The translations under genes were made by a program, and so were the position numbers. A stretch of 64,000 bases of DNA from positions 7,750,001 to 7,814,000 of the forward strand of contig NC_135253.1 of the NCBI RefSeq assembly GCF_964204865.1, given 5' to 3'. The notes beneath the pieces are model-generated. The model had not been told where the DNA came from. It made no database searches and saw nothing but the letters and a program-made list of their open reading frames with translations. This DNA comes from Styela clava (lineage: Eukaryota). This document shows, one piece after another, positions 50,912-64,000 of the stretch (the first letter of the stretch is position 1; each line of letters starts with the position of its first letter).

Positions 50912-52627
50912 ATGCCAAAGACTATCAATGTCCGGGTTACTACGATGGATGCCGAGCTGGAGTTTGCCATCCAGCAAAGCACAACTGGCAAACAGCTTTT
51001 CGATCAGGTTGTCAAAACCATTGGCCTCAGAGAGATCTGGTTTTTTGGCTTGCAGTATGTTGATTCTAAGGGTTATACTACATGGCTGAAATTGAATAAA
51101 AAAGTTACAGCCCAAGATGTTCGCAAGGAAAATCCACTGCAGTTTAAATTCAGGTGCAAGTTTTTCCCTGAAGATGTTGCTGATGAGCTTATCCAAGAAA
51201 TTACTCAAAAGCTGTTTTTCTTGCAAGTGAAGGAAAGCATTTTGAATGATGAATATTACTGTCCTCCCGAGACATCAGTACTGTTAGCTTCTTTTGCAGT
51301 TCTTGCAAAATATGGTCCATATATGAAGGATAGACATGGACCAAAATATTTGTCTAAAGATCGACTTTTGCCGCAGAGAGTATATGAACAGCATAAACTT
51401 ACCAAGGATGAATGGGAAGAACGTATTCAAACCTGGCATGCGGAACATCGGGACATGGCTCGAGATGACGCTATGATTGAGTATCTGAAGATTGCTCAGG
51501 ATTTGGAAATGTATGGAGTAAATTATTTTGAAATTCAGAACAAAAAGAAAACCCATTTATTTCTGGGGGTAGATGCTCTTGGCCTGAATATATATGAGAA
51601 GCATGACAAACTCACTCCCAAAATTGGATTCCCCTGGAGTGAAATTAGAAACATATCATTCAATGACAAAAAGTTCGTCATTAAGCCAATCGATAAAAAA
51701 GCCCCGGATTTTGTGTTTTATGTTGAACGTTTACGCATCAACAAACGTATCCTTGCCCTCTGCATGGGAAATCATGAGTTGTACATGAGACGCAGAAAAC
51801 CAGACTCAATCGAAGTGCAGCAGATGAGAGCACAAGCTCGTGAAGCAAAACATCAAAAGAAACAGGAGAGAGAGCGCATGGAACGAGAACACGCTAATTA
51901 CATGGCAGCTCTTCAAGCACAGCAGGAAGCGCTTAATGAAACCGAAAGAATAAAAATGTTGCTGGAAAAAGAGAAGCTCAACAATAGAGAGTTACTGGAA
52001 CGTCAGGAAAAGCAAATGGATGAACTGAATGCTGTGAGAAGGGGAATAGAACAGGCAGAAAGAGAAAGAAAGGAGACTGAACTTGAACGTCAAAGGGTGA
52101 TGGAAGAGTATGAGCGAGCTAAACAACGCAATGCTGAGGAAAGCACTCGCAATATTGAAATGGAGGCAGATATTCAGAAATACCTTTCTGATTTGGAAGC
52201 TCTGAAACAAAAGGAGTTAGAAAAAGAGCAGGATGCTGAGAAATGGAGAAGAGAGGCTGAATTAATGCAGGAGCAAGTTGAAAAAACCAAAGAGGAACTT
52301 GACAGAGCAAAAGAAGAAGCTCAAAAACAGATGTTACCTCCACCACCTGTGGAAATAGAAGTGGAGTCAATGGAGCTGGGTGGTCCCGGCGAAAATGACC
52401 GGAGTGAAGAGGATAGATTGACTGCTCAAAGTAAGGATAAGGCTCTTCAAGAACAGCTGCTAGCTCTGAAATCTGAATTGGCAAATCTTAAAGACCAGAA
52501 TAAAAACACAGACATGGATATCCTCCATCAAGAAAATGTTAAAGCTGGACGAGATAAATACAAAACCCTCAAGCAGATCAGATGCGGAAATACAAAGCAA
52601 AGAATTGACGAATTTGAGGCGCTATGA
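50912..52627 (+). CDS. ERM family protein (ezrin/radixin/moesin-like), single coding exon
   Basis: 571-aa ORF: [20 protein letters not shown] start, FERM domain, coiled coil, PPPP stretch, [18 protein letters not shown]...[11 protein letters not shown] with the regulatory Thr. The C-terminus is ERM-type, not merlin-type. No single vertebrate paralog can be assigned. Confidence 0.98.
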   Translation: MPKTINVRVTTMDAELEFAIQQSTTGKQLFDQVVKTIGLREIWFFGLQYVDSKGYTTWLKLNKKVTAQDVRKENPLQFKFRCKFFPEDVADELIQEITQKLFFLQVKESILNDEYYCPPETSVLLASFAVLAKYGPYMKDRHGPKYLSKDRLLPQRVYEQHKLTKDEWEERIQTWHAEHRDMARDDAMIEYLKIAQDLEMYGVNYFEIQNKKKTHLFLGVDALGLNIYEKHDKLTPKIGFPWSEIRNISFNDKKFVIKPIDKKAPDFVFYVERLRINKRILALCMGNHELYMRRRKPDSIEVQQMRAQAREAKHQKKQERERMEREHANYMAALQAQQEALNETERIKMLLEKEKLNNRELLERQEKQMDELNAVRRGIEQAERERKETELERQRVMEEYERAKQRNAEESTRNIEMEADIQKYLSDLEALKQKELEKEQDAEKWRREAELMQEQVEKTKEELDRAKEEAQKQMLPPPPVEIEVESMELGGPGENDRSEEDRLTAQSKDKALQEQLLALKSELANLKDQNKNTDMDILHQENVKAGRDKYKTLKQIRCGNTKQRIDEFEAL

Positions 52628-53340
52628 GAAGAGATTCATGATGTAATGCGACATCCATGTCACAAATTTATTAAAAAGATTTCTCAATTTGTATATTATT
52701 GCCTAATCGAGTATGGCAGTATCACATCGTGTTATGTCTCTGCCTACTATTATCGATTTTGAACTTGATTTTTAGTTTGATGACTGCACGCCTGCAGCAC
52801 TTTGCAAACAACTGAGCATTTGTATCATAATATTAGGGAATTGTCCATTAATTTTAGGGTCAAACAGATTTTAGACAATCTTGTCACAGTAATTTGAGAT
52901 GATTCATGAATATTTTTTTTTACATGGTCTGCTGATGGTGTAGCTTATGAACGCACTATCATATGCAGTCCATATTCTCTAGGGAAAGCAGCTAAATTTT
53001 AAGATATCAACTATCAGACTGATGCACTCCTTATTCATCCATCTTTTGTTCCATGATTTTGTCAAGCGTTTTTTCTTAAATTGTCCCAATCACATTTTGG
53101 CTATATCTTGGTTATATCGTCTATGTTATTACAAATATTAGCTTGGCAGGGCACCTGGCATAGTTTTTTTTTTTTTTTGTTATTTCAATAAGTCTGTTTA
53201 TGTGATTGTAGCAGATGATTAAACATTTTGTTTAATTGAGTTAGATTCCCTGATTTTTCATCATACCAGCCTCAGATACTTTTTAGTTTGATCCAGTCTG
53301 TTGAATTTGATATCCTAGCAAACCTCCTATTTGTCTAAAA

Positions 53341-53346
53341 AATAAA
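53341..53346 (+). promoter_or_regulatory. Candidate polyadenylation signal of the ERM gene
   Basis: AATAAA about 710 nt after the stop codon, followed by an A-run. Confidence 0.4.
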
Positions 53347-55546
53347 AGATTTCACACAAAAAAACTGTTAGTAGCAGATTTGTCTGCTGGTGCATATATA
53401 TTATCATACCTTTATGTAATATGTTTTTTTTTTAGTTTCATTTTCTAATTAATGTTCTTTACCAAATTGATTTTGCTGGTGAATGCTTGATAATGTAAAT
53501 GATTTCTACTTTAGGCAGATCAAATGTATTATTGTATTTTATTTTTATTTTGTTAGTTCATACCTATCATTCAACAACACTACTTGAAACATTAGAATAT
53601 ATGATTTGAACGGTACTTGTCAAAAAATATACCTTGAAATATATGTAACAAGGGTGAGCAAAACTATTTCTGACTGAATAATTCAGGATCTTGTCTACCA
53701 AAACCATTTCACTCCAGCCTTGAAATAAATGTTCATTTTTGTCCACCCAAGCATGCATGGGCCATTGATGAATAAACGACCATAACAGTCATGAGCCTAA
53801 ACTTCGTCTGGTATCTGTTTTAGGTATGAAGTCTGAAGACATGATCGCATATTATATTTGATCCACGAAACACAAAATATTAATTAATCATATTTAGCCA
53901 GAACTGGAATTTAACGATCACATTGGTGCCAAATTTGCTGTTGTTTCACTCATAGGAATAGAAGCTTAAAATTTTTGTGGCATTTTGTTTACGGCCTTCT
54001 GTATTAATATATGGTGAATTCAATTTAATTTTACCTTATAATCATGTAAAAGTAGTTTTATGTAATATATACTTTTCGTTTTTTTCTCCATTTTTTGTTA
54101 AATTTCCACCACTAGAATCTGATGGCCACAGCATTTCTCAATTGTTCCTTATGATATTAATTGTTAAGATTTTCAATGACCGAAATGAGTTATCAAATGA
54201 AATAGCTGCTGATAATTTCTTTATTCTTTCATACAATTTTTGTAGGCTTGTTATTTTCATATTCTGTCATTCAATCTATTAATTTTAATGCTCACAGTTT
54301 ATCTGATCTTGGAACTAATTTCAAGATACTATTTCAAAAAATATTTGTTACATATGACTACATGTTATCTAAATTTTTCGTTCCTAAAAATATTGTCTAA
54401 ACTTTCAGGCAAAAGAGGTTGTGCCATTCAAATGTTAAATATTCAAGTGTTTGAGAACTCTTTCATATCATAGATTGTACATCTCATATATGTGATGAAA
54501 TGATTAAAACCAACCAAGATGCTTTTTCTGAAAAATTTATTTCGAGTCAACAATTTTAATTTAGACAAGTGTAAATTAGCTATACTGAATTCTTGAAGGT
54601 AAAATGAATCCAATGTTCATATGGAGAATTTGTTTTGTGAACTCACTCTTAAAGTACTGTGGTCGCATCAGCAACCTTTCAGAATCAGCATCTCACTGGT
54701 TGATTGTTTCCCAGTATTATTATGGTCACACTAGGTATTTTCCCGACATTATTGTGTCATATTTTAGCCAAACAGGTCTATTTAATTACAGCATACATAT
54801 ATTCGAGAATTGAGATTGCAATTGCATATTTTTTTTTATATATCAAGACCCTATTACATATATATATATTTAAGCTCTGCCTGAAACTTTTTTAGGACTA
54901 ATAATGACTATGATGGTAGGATAAAGATTTGTTTGTGTCCACTTTCATTTTTTTTTTCTAATTAATATGTGTAGCAATTACGGTGATGCCCAAGCTAGAA
55001 CACTTAAACATTTCAGAGGGTTGGTGACCAAAAAAATTGATATTTTGCATAAATATGTGGCTATTTCATGATGTGTGCTCATATAACAAGGGAAGAAGTA
55101 ATTCAAAATTTTGCAATCCTATTTTGGGCATCACTTAGGCAAGAATCTATCACAGCCGATTTTTCATTGTAGAATTACATTAGATGCCGGTACAAGGTAG
55201 TATAGTAGTGAAGTAATATCATTTTTTGTAGCTTATATACCAGTCATGCAACGTCACTCATTTTTCTCAGCCGTTTTCATTCATGGCCAAACACTGTTTG
55301 TTTTTCTGTCCCATGGATAAAGTACACATTACCATACAAAGGTCTCATTTAAGGAATGTTTGTTTACCCACTTACGGTATCCCCTAGTGGGATTTTGTCT
55401 CGTGATGGGCACTATACAGTTTTCTTCTTCTGATATGGTTCCATCTGTCCTTGAGGTGAACAAATAAGTTTATAACGGTACAAAAGTGAAGCATTATGTT
55501 TTGGTAATTGGATCACAGCCCCCCCCCCCCCCTCCATGATAAATAC

Positions 55547-56511
55547 TAGGGATGGGCCGGGATTCGGATCCGGACTCGGATTCGAGTCGAATCCACGCAT
55601 TTTTTGGACTCGAATTCGATTCCGAGTCCACGTCATTTTTACCGAGTCTATAATCAATTCTGTTTTTACCAATTTACGCCTATATTTGTACTTTTGCCTC
55701 TATAAATCTAACTACATACCTTAACGAGTTAAAATTCAAGGGTAAATCTGTAACAATATCCCTCGTGTGTACTATTAACACTCCTAATAAAAGCGACAAC
55801 AGATATCCAGATAAGATAACGCATGTTAAAAACTATTAATCGCTTATAACAATGATGTTGCGCCAGTCGCCTTCAAACTATCTATCCTTTTTGGTACACA
55901 ATAAAATATGCGTTAGCGCAATATACCTCTTTTAAATCGAGTTTATTACGTGCAATCTTTTCTCTGAAAAGGGAGCAATGAAAAGCACGGAGAGTTTTTG
56001 AACGTTTACATGAACTACTAAATTGCAAGCAGATGTAGGCTACTACATTGTATTCACGACGAGTGGCATTTCTTTACCATTTGCGCACGTGACATAGTAA
56101 ATTTAGGGCTAGAAATATCTGGAATTATGGGAAAGCATTGCAGTCAAAAGCTTTATATTTTCCATATTGACATGTATAAATTTCTGGATAGCTGCCCAGA
56201 ATTGACGCAAGGTGATGGGCTGGAAATCCAGTTCACAGCCAAGGCGCACATCCACGTTTGTATTATGGCCGCCAAAGAAGGGGGAAAATATATTTTTAAG
56301 ATGATTCAACAGCCATCTTCAGAACCATTAGGCAAAAATATGACCTACGACGTATGTGTGTATTGTGAGCGCACGATGTTGTAGCGTCGCCAAAAACGTG
56401 TTTTTCTGTTTTTACATTGTGACGTCACGGACTCGGTGGATTCGATTCGAGTCCTTGACCTATTACTCGGATTCGTCGAATCTCTGTAATGCCGGACTCG
56501 TCCCATCCCTA
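55547..56511. mobile_element. Non-autonomous hAT element (TAGGGATGGG TIR)
   Basis: TIRs TAGGGATGGG / CCCATCCCTA; perfect 8-bp TSD ATAAATAC; subterminal GGATTCG/GGACTCG repeats. Confidence 0.88.
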
Positions 56512-56739
56512 ATAAATACTATTCTCCTGCTATTTATAAAACATACTAGTCACACGTTTTTTTTTTCTAAGTTTAGCCGCATTCCATGTCGTTTGGTGTG
56601 AATCGGTATATATTTCATCTGTAGAACTCAATCAAACAATGATAATGCCTACTCTCCACAAATAATGAATAAAATTTGATGAACAACGATGAAAATTATA
56701 TGTTTCTCTTATTGTCTTGACGTCAACGTGTGATGGTGG

Positions 56740-58000
56740 TAATTATTGGGCGTAAGCGACATGACGTTGCGTAGAGTTCACGCCAAGACGTGCGTAAGGC
56801 AAAAGATTCCATCAGGGTTAACAACGGAGTGGTTCATAGATTTTTTTGAAACCGACCCAATTCAATACCCTTGTCGTGGTGAAACTTCAGTTGTATATTT
56901 ATTTTATTTCGCTTCGTTCAAAGGCCTCTTAGATGAACCAATGCTCTTGAGTCATAGGACGGGGTTTTTACTCAGTCCCCATTTGGTGACTATTAAAAAA
57001 ATGTGCCTGATATTTGGGAATTTTCAAAAATGCAACCAGTTGCAAAGGATCTTTTGTAATGTGAGATTTGAGAAAAACACCCCCGCCCGTTTTAAAATAC
57101 CAAATTAGTAAATATCCAGTTCGGGTTAGGAATGATATGCATTCCTAGCCGTAATAATAACTGGATAATTACTAATGTTTTTTCTTTCATATTTTGATCG
57201 GTGGCGGGGGTGTCTTTGGCGCGGGCTTTTTACAAAAAATCCAAATAAGGCCATCTCGTTCAGACAATAGCTGGGGAATTTTGACCAATGTTCAAATCCA
57301 GGGTTGACGTTTACCAACTGAGAGTTTGTTCTATTCTCGAGTAAAACCAGGCTTATTCGACATCGGTATGCCTTGCCCAACCAAGGTCGAATATGGCCTC
57401 GTGAGATACGTACTTCTTATCCCCCGTCCGATCTTTAGGTCTGTTCCTTGTAGTCATCTAAGTAAGATCGAGTCTGGCCCGGTGAGACACGCATGTCACA
57501 ATGCAGAAACATTCGCGGCGAATCAAGCTTGAATCTCCCGAAAGCAAAAACGTTGAGTAAAAAATTTTTCATGGCATGTTGGAGCGTTTTTCTACCATAG
57601 GATCAACAAAACAATTTATTTGTGTGTTCACAACTAACCTATCTTTGCCGTGAGATTTTTAAAGCAGCACTGCCTTCTCGTTATGTTAAACTGTGGATGA
57701 GGTTTTGATTTGACAACCCTGGCCTCTGTAACAAGGTTGTTGCAATACCGGGTCTATGTTCTGCTTTAGATCTAAGCGGACAATACTAGCACCGAACATG
57801 ATATTTTTCCATCCAATTCGGTTTTCGACTTACGAGAGATTCTGTTCTTAGCAAAGGAGGCCAAATGGAACCGATATGCACTTTGCGGTTGTTTGCTTAG
57901 TGGTAACGCGAAGGTAAATTCAGCTGCATACCGTTGCAATATGCAGACATAGTGAGGAGCTGCAACTAAGCAACAAAATAATTGTCACTGCGATCTGGCG
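56740..58000 (-). mobile_element. Possible highly decayed non-LTR retroelement
   Basis: GC/CpG-elevated; minus-strand fragments VSHEAIF and LLENRTNSQLVNVNPG loosely echo RT motifs in the expected order; no YADD found. Confidence 0.25.
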
Positions 58001-60588
58001 GTATTTTTCAATATAGCGACCAACGAATAACAATAGGATTGTGTTTAGATATTTTGCTTCCCCGTATTGGTATACACTCCAATACGATAGCTCCATAAAA
58101 GAGGTTCAGATTGAATATAATCAAGTATCTGTATTATTCAAAGGCTGCCCTGAAACGAAGTACCCAACAAATGTAGGTTTCGAATTCAGAGATAATTAGA
58201 TATCCTGATTGAAAATGTATTGTGCAGTTGTAGCAGAGGTCTTTCAGTTGAAAAGTCTTCGTTCCGCGAACAAAAGACATATTTGAGTTGAGTAGTATGC
58301 GGGACATCAATAGCAGTGACCTGTCTGGTGAAATTGCTCTTAGTGATACTTTCTCCAAATAACGGTTAAAAAGAATTTGTACTTTCGTATTCGTATCGAA
58401 TTTAATGAACTTTTTAAAACAATGTTATCAATAAAAAAGGCCCGCGTTTTGATATATATGTCAAAGAGTGTTTGCAGTAATTTTATAGCAATGAAAAACA
58501 ACGCTGCCGGCATTTTGTGCGCAGAAACAACCGGACTTTATAAGTACCACGCAATCACTTAAAAACCAATTTTATGACCTGTTCAAGGTACCGGTACGGT
58601 CAACATTGAATAGGCCTCGACGTAGTAAATACCTTCGGGACAAGATCAGGCGAAATCCGCCGCTTTTATCAGCAACACGTCTGTGACGGTATACTAACGG
58701 CATGAGACACATACGGGTATTTATATGTTCCAGAATATAGCTCAGCTCGTCATCACCAGTTGCCAAGGGTGCGGTCGACTGTGACCTATCTCTGCGTTGG
58801 GAGAAACTGTTACCTCGGTTATCTCACGTCGCAATTGAAATTCGTCATCTGGCGAGGTCAGCGGGTGATTGTGTGAAGAACTCAAAAGCTTGATAACCCA
58901 TTCTGCGGCAAACCTCAGGGCTAAAATTTATATATTAATATATTCTATATTATCGTTGGTTCGCCACGCAACAATGCGGCGCTGCTATGCAAACAGTGCC
59001 CGAAGGTAAATTGAATTAGACATATTTTTTATGGAATATAAACTTGGCAAATTTTTTAAACGTGAATCGACGAGCGAACATATACAACAATGGTATCTAT
59101 GGGCAGATCGTGTACATACGTATGCCAAGGCCATCGGAATAGCACGTGGGAAGAGGCGCCCAGCAACGTTTAATTGCGTAAATTTCCACTAAACTCTCAT
59201 AGTCCCAAAATCTGAATAAATTTATGCTATTAACTTTCAAATTTATGAGATATATGTGCGTTAACCCTAGGATAAAAATAATGCTCTGAGAATCAAACAG
59301 ATAAGGATTCAATCCCTAACGATCTAATTGTTCCATGTGAAATAGTGGTAGAACTAGCGTTTGTGTGAATCATCCTACCATATATGAAAATGAGTACAGA
59401 AATTCTGCATCCATTATCAACTCGCACTGAAGTCTGACCATAATAAGTACACGCCCAAAGACAAAATGGGGGCTTTTAGACATTTTCTTTCAACTGTTGT
59501 ATCAGAGTTATTCATAGTTTGCTTTTAAAGCAGGTAAGCAGAAGATATATTATTTTAATTAACCCTCATATGCGGTGATAAAAGTTAAACGCAGAGCATA
59601 CAAGGTTGAATTTTTCTGGCGACAGGGTTTTCAAAAAGTCTGAGTTTTTTTCATTCAACTTATTAAATGTATGTCGTCAATGTAACAAATATTTGCAAAA
59701 GCAAATACATTTCCGCTTACCACACCCATACACATAGTAGTATACCTTTACAAATTTCAAACGACGATCGTAAAATTCTACTATTTTAATGCGTTCCGTA
59801 TTTGGTTATAGAATAGCGTAATGGGTCACTAACGACGATACAGTGCGTTTACAATAGCGAAAAAACAAAACCAAAACTCAAAAATTCAGATACATATGTT
59901 TTAAATCCGCTAACATTAGAATAAATTAGCTTGAATAATGATTTTATGATTCTTGGCTAATAATAGGACTGAAATTGTTACGAAATGACATATAATATAT
60001 ATATATATATATGAAATTCAATGCACTAAAATTTAATATTGAAGTTACTATGTCACTTTCAATGCTTTTCTCGAGCTAGAAAGGAAATCTTTGTGAATTG
60101 TTTCCCATGGTAATCGATAAGAGAATCACTGTTATCGAGTAAGGTATTTGCACATACTTAGTCATCCCTTGTCTTTCGTAGATTAAACTGCCCGAAGGAA
60201 AAATGCACATCGAACTTTGTAGATTAAAAATCGACTTCCGAATCAAACGAAGTATGTCGTGATTTAGTCCAATTTTCTGTGGCCCGAAGATGACTGTTAC
60301 TGGATTCTCACGTATAGGTCTGCTTTCATAATAATCTGTAATCTCGCATACCGATAGACCTTACCACACCGACAGAGTAAACATGAAACGCAGCTTGCAA
60401 ATATTTGCGTTTTGACATGTTTCCGATGAGATTGCTCAACATATTATATCACGAAAATACGTAATGAAGAGTAAAATGAGAACAGCTTATAATTATTTAT
60501 TCACACAATCAATCACTTGCATTCACAGTGGCACCGCGGCAAAGACGGCCACACACAAATTCTTTTGTCACTAAATTATCACATTGAT

Positions 60589-60739
60589 GGGCGCACCAGA
60601 AGTGTGTGTACCAATATGGAGGGAATTAATTTTCTTTGCCTATTTTACATCAAGTTGTGTAAACTCGTAATCAAACAATATTAAGGAAAATTGGAATAAA
60701 ATTGTGGCCTAACCCTAACCTGGTACGTCGGGAGTACCC
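60589..60739. mobile_element. Deleted copy of the TTAGGG-bearing MITE
   Basis: GGCGCACCAGAAGTGTGTGTACCAATATGG...GGCCTAACCCTAACCTGGTAC..GGGAGTACC. Confidence 0.65.
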
Positions 60740-63019
60740 ATTGGTATGTAGGCCTACTGTATTTGGTTTTCATTAGAAAAAGCTATTTAAACCAGTTATA
60801 TTGTTCAATAATATCTATCCTGAACGTTTTTTTGTTTTGATTAAGCTTGAATGGATGCTTGACTTTTCTAAAAGTACAGTGAGACATTTGCAGACCTTTT
60901 TCCATTTGATAGAATCATTTTCCGACTCTATATCACCATATAGCGGATCTATTCAAACTGCTGAACCAGAAACGTTAGAGTATTTCCATATTGTGATTTG
61001 GTTGTGTTTGCTATATATCATTTCAACATTAGGATTTTCTCGACTTTAAAAACACTATGTGGCAAGTTTCTGGCTAAATTTCTACAAATAAATAACATTT
61101 TATGTTTATTGGTTGCTAGCAATTTATTGACATTTACACTATATATACCAGTACTATGTAAAAAATGAAGACATGTCAGGGTGCACATGAAAACATGCTA
61201 TTGTATATTGTCATCAATACACATGCAAACTTTTTGATTTATATTTGAAATTCTGTTTGTCCGCTCTGTTACACACCTAGTGTTTAGTTGTTTAGCCAAG
61301 CCTCACCACGATACCCAATTCCATCTTCTATGAATTGCTTGTCCTAATTGATGATCCGTTGAGACAAGTTAATCACTATATATATCTAATTAATTAACAA
61401 CATAATGATTTTGTACAAGACTTTTGCCAAGAAATTTTAATGTGTTTTTATTAAACAAATTGTCTACCATTTTCACTCAAATATTCTTAAAATATATAAT
61501 TGGCATCATCGACAGTATTTTGAATGTCTAAACGTGTGGAAGAACTGTTTTATTTTTATGTAACTCAACTAGTCATACAGCGCACCACAACTATGAACAA
61601 CAAACGCAGTGATATTTTGGAAATGTAGGTTTTGTCATTGGACATGAACGTATATATATACATAACTGTAGCGCCAGTAGAGTGATGTTGTTTTCAAAAT
61701 CGGAACTACCATGTTCAATTGTAATCTAAATTTTGTTATAGATCGGCTGCACAATTTCTGCAGAAAATTACAAATTAAATATGGCTTGATTTTCTAACTT
61801 ACTCAAAAATTATTCATTGAAAAATGCTACATTCATTTTGTAGTATGATTCCGTTGTTAACGAACGTTTACGCCGTTCAAGTATAGTCGAATACCTATTA
61901 GCTCTGCCACCATGAGTAAACTTGCTACGTTGAAGACCATTCTGTTTTTCCCGTGTTCGGTTTTCTTTGTGCAACAGTTTCCAGATTGTGCAACACGCAA
62001 ATGAAATCATATTATAAAGGGTTATTCCAAAATCTTGAAAGTAATTAAACGTCGTCGTCGCGGGCGTATGAATATTTTCAAATTTTATACAGATATTCCC
62101 CGTACTCACATGGAAGGGTGTATCCAAATGTGCGAGTCTCATTGACTGCATTTATTATTTTTTGGCGTTTCGCTTTTTTGTTATGAATGCGTAGTCATAA
62201 ACATTTCAAAAAGTTACGCAAATACAGGCATCATTTTGTTTCATTCTTTTCAATATTTTGTTGCTGATCCGTGAGCACATTTTATCTTATATTACCGCTG
62301 CGCCGATGTAGAAAGCTGTAGGCAACCTGCTGATACGCGAGAAGTTATAACGTTAAATGGAAGGTAAGTTATAGCTTTGAAGTGCGCATATCCTCACTCA
62401 CGCCTATGAAAATCATTTTCTGCATTCTCCTCGCATTAAATTGAAAGTAACGATTATGTAATAAAATAGTTCAACATTGTACGTCAATTTTGGTTTGCAT
62501 TGTTTTTGTGTTACACAAACGATTACACGCGAATTGCTTTACTCAAATTTCTTGCAGGACTTAATACGACTAAATTCGAGCTGCATAAATTAACTTGATT
62601 CAACAAACATTAGTTATCACAAAATGTTTTCAAATTTTCAGTGTGCAAACAAGTTTACTTATTTTGTGATGAACTTTCTCCAGAACTGGGAGCATCCTCG
62701 TCACGGAATATTTTTGTAATTTAAAACAGTCCAATATTTTAAATTGGATCCTCATAAATGCCAATACCAAACGGTTCTTATTAAAAACGAAAATGGCGCC
62801 TTATTCCTAATCCAGTTGCCCACGATTATTATAGTTATTAGTTCGGCAGATAAGGGGCCTTTTTGGGCCCAGCCTTGTTTTCAGACATAAAGTTCTTTTT
62901 TAATCGTGAATATTCATCTTAGGGTCATTGCCCATCATTTCTACATGGGTGTGGAGTTTGCAGCCTTGAGCAATTTTTCTACGGCTTGATATTTGTATTA
63001 GTGTTTTTTGTCAAATCTG

Positions 63020-63110
63020 TGCACCATATTGGCGCACAACCTCAATCTAACTTGTTACAATACTATGTTCAGATTGTGCGCCATCTTGTTGCACAAACTA
63101 CGGAAGCACC
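63020..63110. mobile_element. Fragment related to the TTAGGG-bearing MITE family
   Basis: GCGCCATCTTGTTGCACAAACTACGGAAGCACC matches the right TIR of 23074-23309. Confidence 0.5.
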
Positions 63111-64000
63111 AAATTTACTAGGAAGTAAAATCAATAACTTTTAGGTATTTGTTGAACCCACCTTTGGGTCGCGACCCATATTTATGGAAATACTGTTGAA
63201 AAATACGCGTAAAATAAAGAGTACTATTTCAAAATACCCGCTTTTGTTGCAATTAACAATACAAGCCTGGTAATGCAGTCGGCAGAGGTTCAAGTGGATA
63301 TACACCCGGTTGAGAACAGTCAATTATTTGTTAGCAAGGATTATGCAGCGGGATGATCACAACGATGCAGTGAAAGATAATGCTATCACGAGAACAAGAA
63401 TGAGAAAATTGCTACATTTTATAGTATATCCCTGGGAAAGAATGTAGTTCATTCTCATGTTCTATGTCAATGCTTTTCAAACTACCAAAGACTTAACACT
63501 TTTGCTTCTTCTCTTCTATAAAAATACATTGTTATTATATATTCGCATTTCCATCTGTTTGTTTGTGCTCCCAGATAACCGATCAGTGGCCTTCAAAGAG
63601 GCCGGGGTTCCCTTTTATGAAACCCTATCTCAAACTAAAAGAGGCGACCGTGCTTCTTTTGCCTGTTGTCATGCTGTCCCTCGAATTCAGCTACAAAAAA
63701 AATTCACGAAAACGGGTTTTAGATTTTATGATTTCCTTAATATTCTCGACAATGAATGATATACGGGTGGTAAAATGTCAAGGTATTCCAACAACATGAT
63801 CATGTTTTGCAACTTACAACCAATATTTAGTATGTAACTTTGTTTGACAAAGCCCCAAGAGATCTAACTACAAATATCAAGAATGTGAGGCCAAAAAGTT
63901 ACACTACAACATCGTCAAATGTGATAGATAACAAGTTTACCAAAATGCATTAGATGAAAAATGGTAAAACTGAAGATCAATTTAGCAATATCTACTTAGG

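Noticed and set aside
50900-52484. Antisense and alternative-frame ORFs over ERM
   Set aside because: Shadows of the ERM CDS with no recognisable motifs.
56127-56384. BED-finger or transposase ORF in the hAT element (CVYC)
   Set aside because: Only a CxxC; no His pair or other hAT motifs were recognised.
59559-59580. piggyBac end (TTAACCCT)
   Set aside because: No matching opposite end was found.

Overview
AT-rich, intron-dense animal genomic DNA. Gene style and repeats suggest an invertebrate deuterostome, possibly an ascidian (inference). Three host genes: (1) the 5' part of an axonemal dynein heavy chain with DNAH14-type N-terminal motifs (minus strand, 33 phase-consistent coding exons, about 1,675 aa, continuing past position 1); (2) a complete 12-exon DLST gene (plus strand, about 463 aa), head-to-head with the dynein; (3) an ERM (ezrin/radixin/moesin) gene whose 571-aa CDS has no introns. 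Introns and intergenic DNA hold hAT elements (8-bp TSDs), MULE-like MITEs (8-9-bp TSDs) with TTAGGG and YY1-like motifs, a tRNA-derived SINE family and decayed LINE-like fragments. The main structure missed by the ORF track is a 2.93-kb Academ (AcademX-type) transposon relic at 28852-31783. It has TAG..CTA termini, a 3-bp TAA TSD splitting a hAT end, about 400-bp inverted repeats, and decayed XPG-like and Cys-cluster coding remnants. It lies beside three independent tandem duplications in the 7-kb divergent intergenic region. A 183-bp-arm near-perfect palindrome lies in DLST intron 4. I found no convincing wholly new multi-gene system. All family assignments are by eye, from recalled motifs, with no database search.
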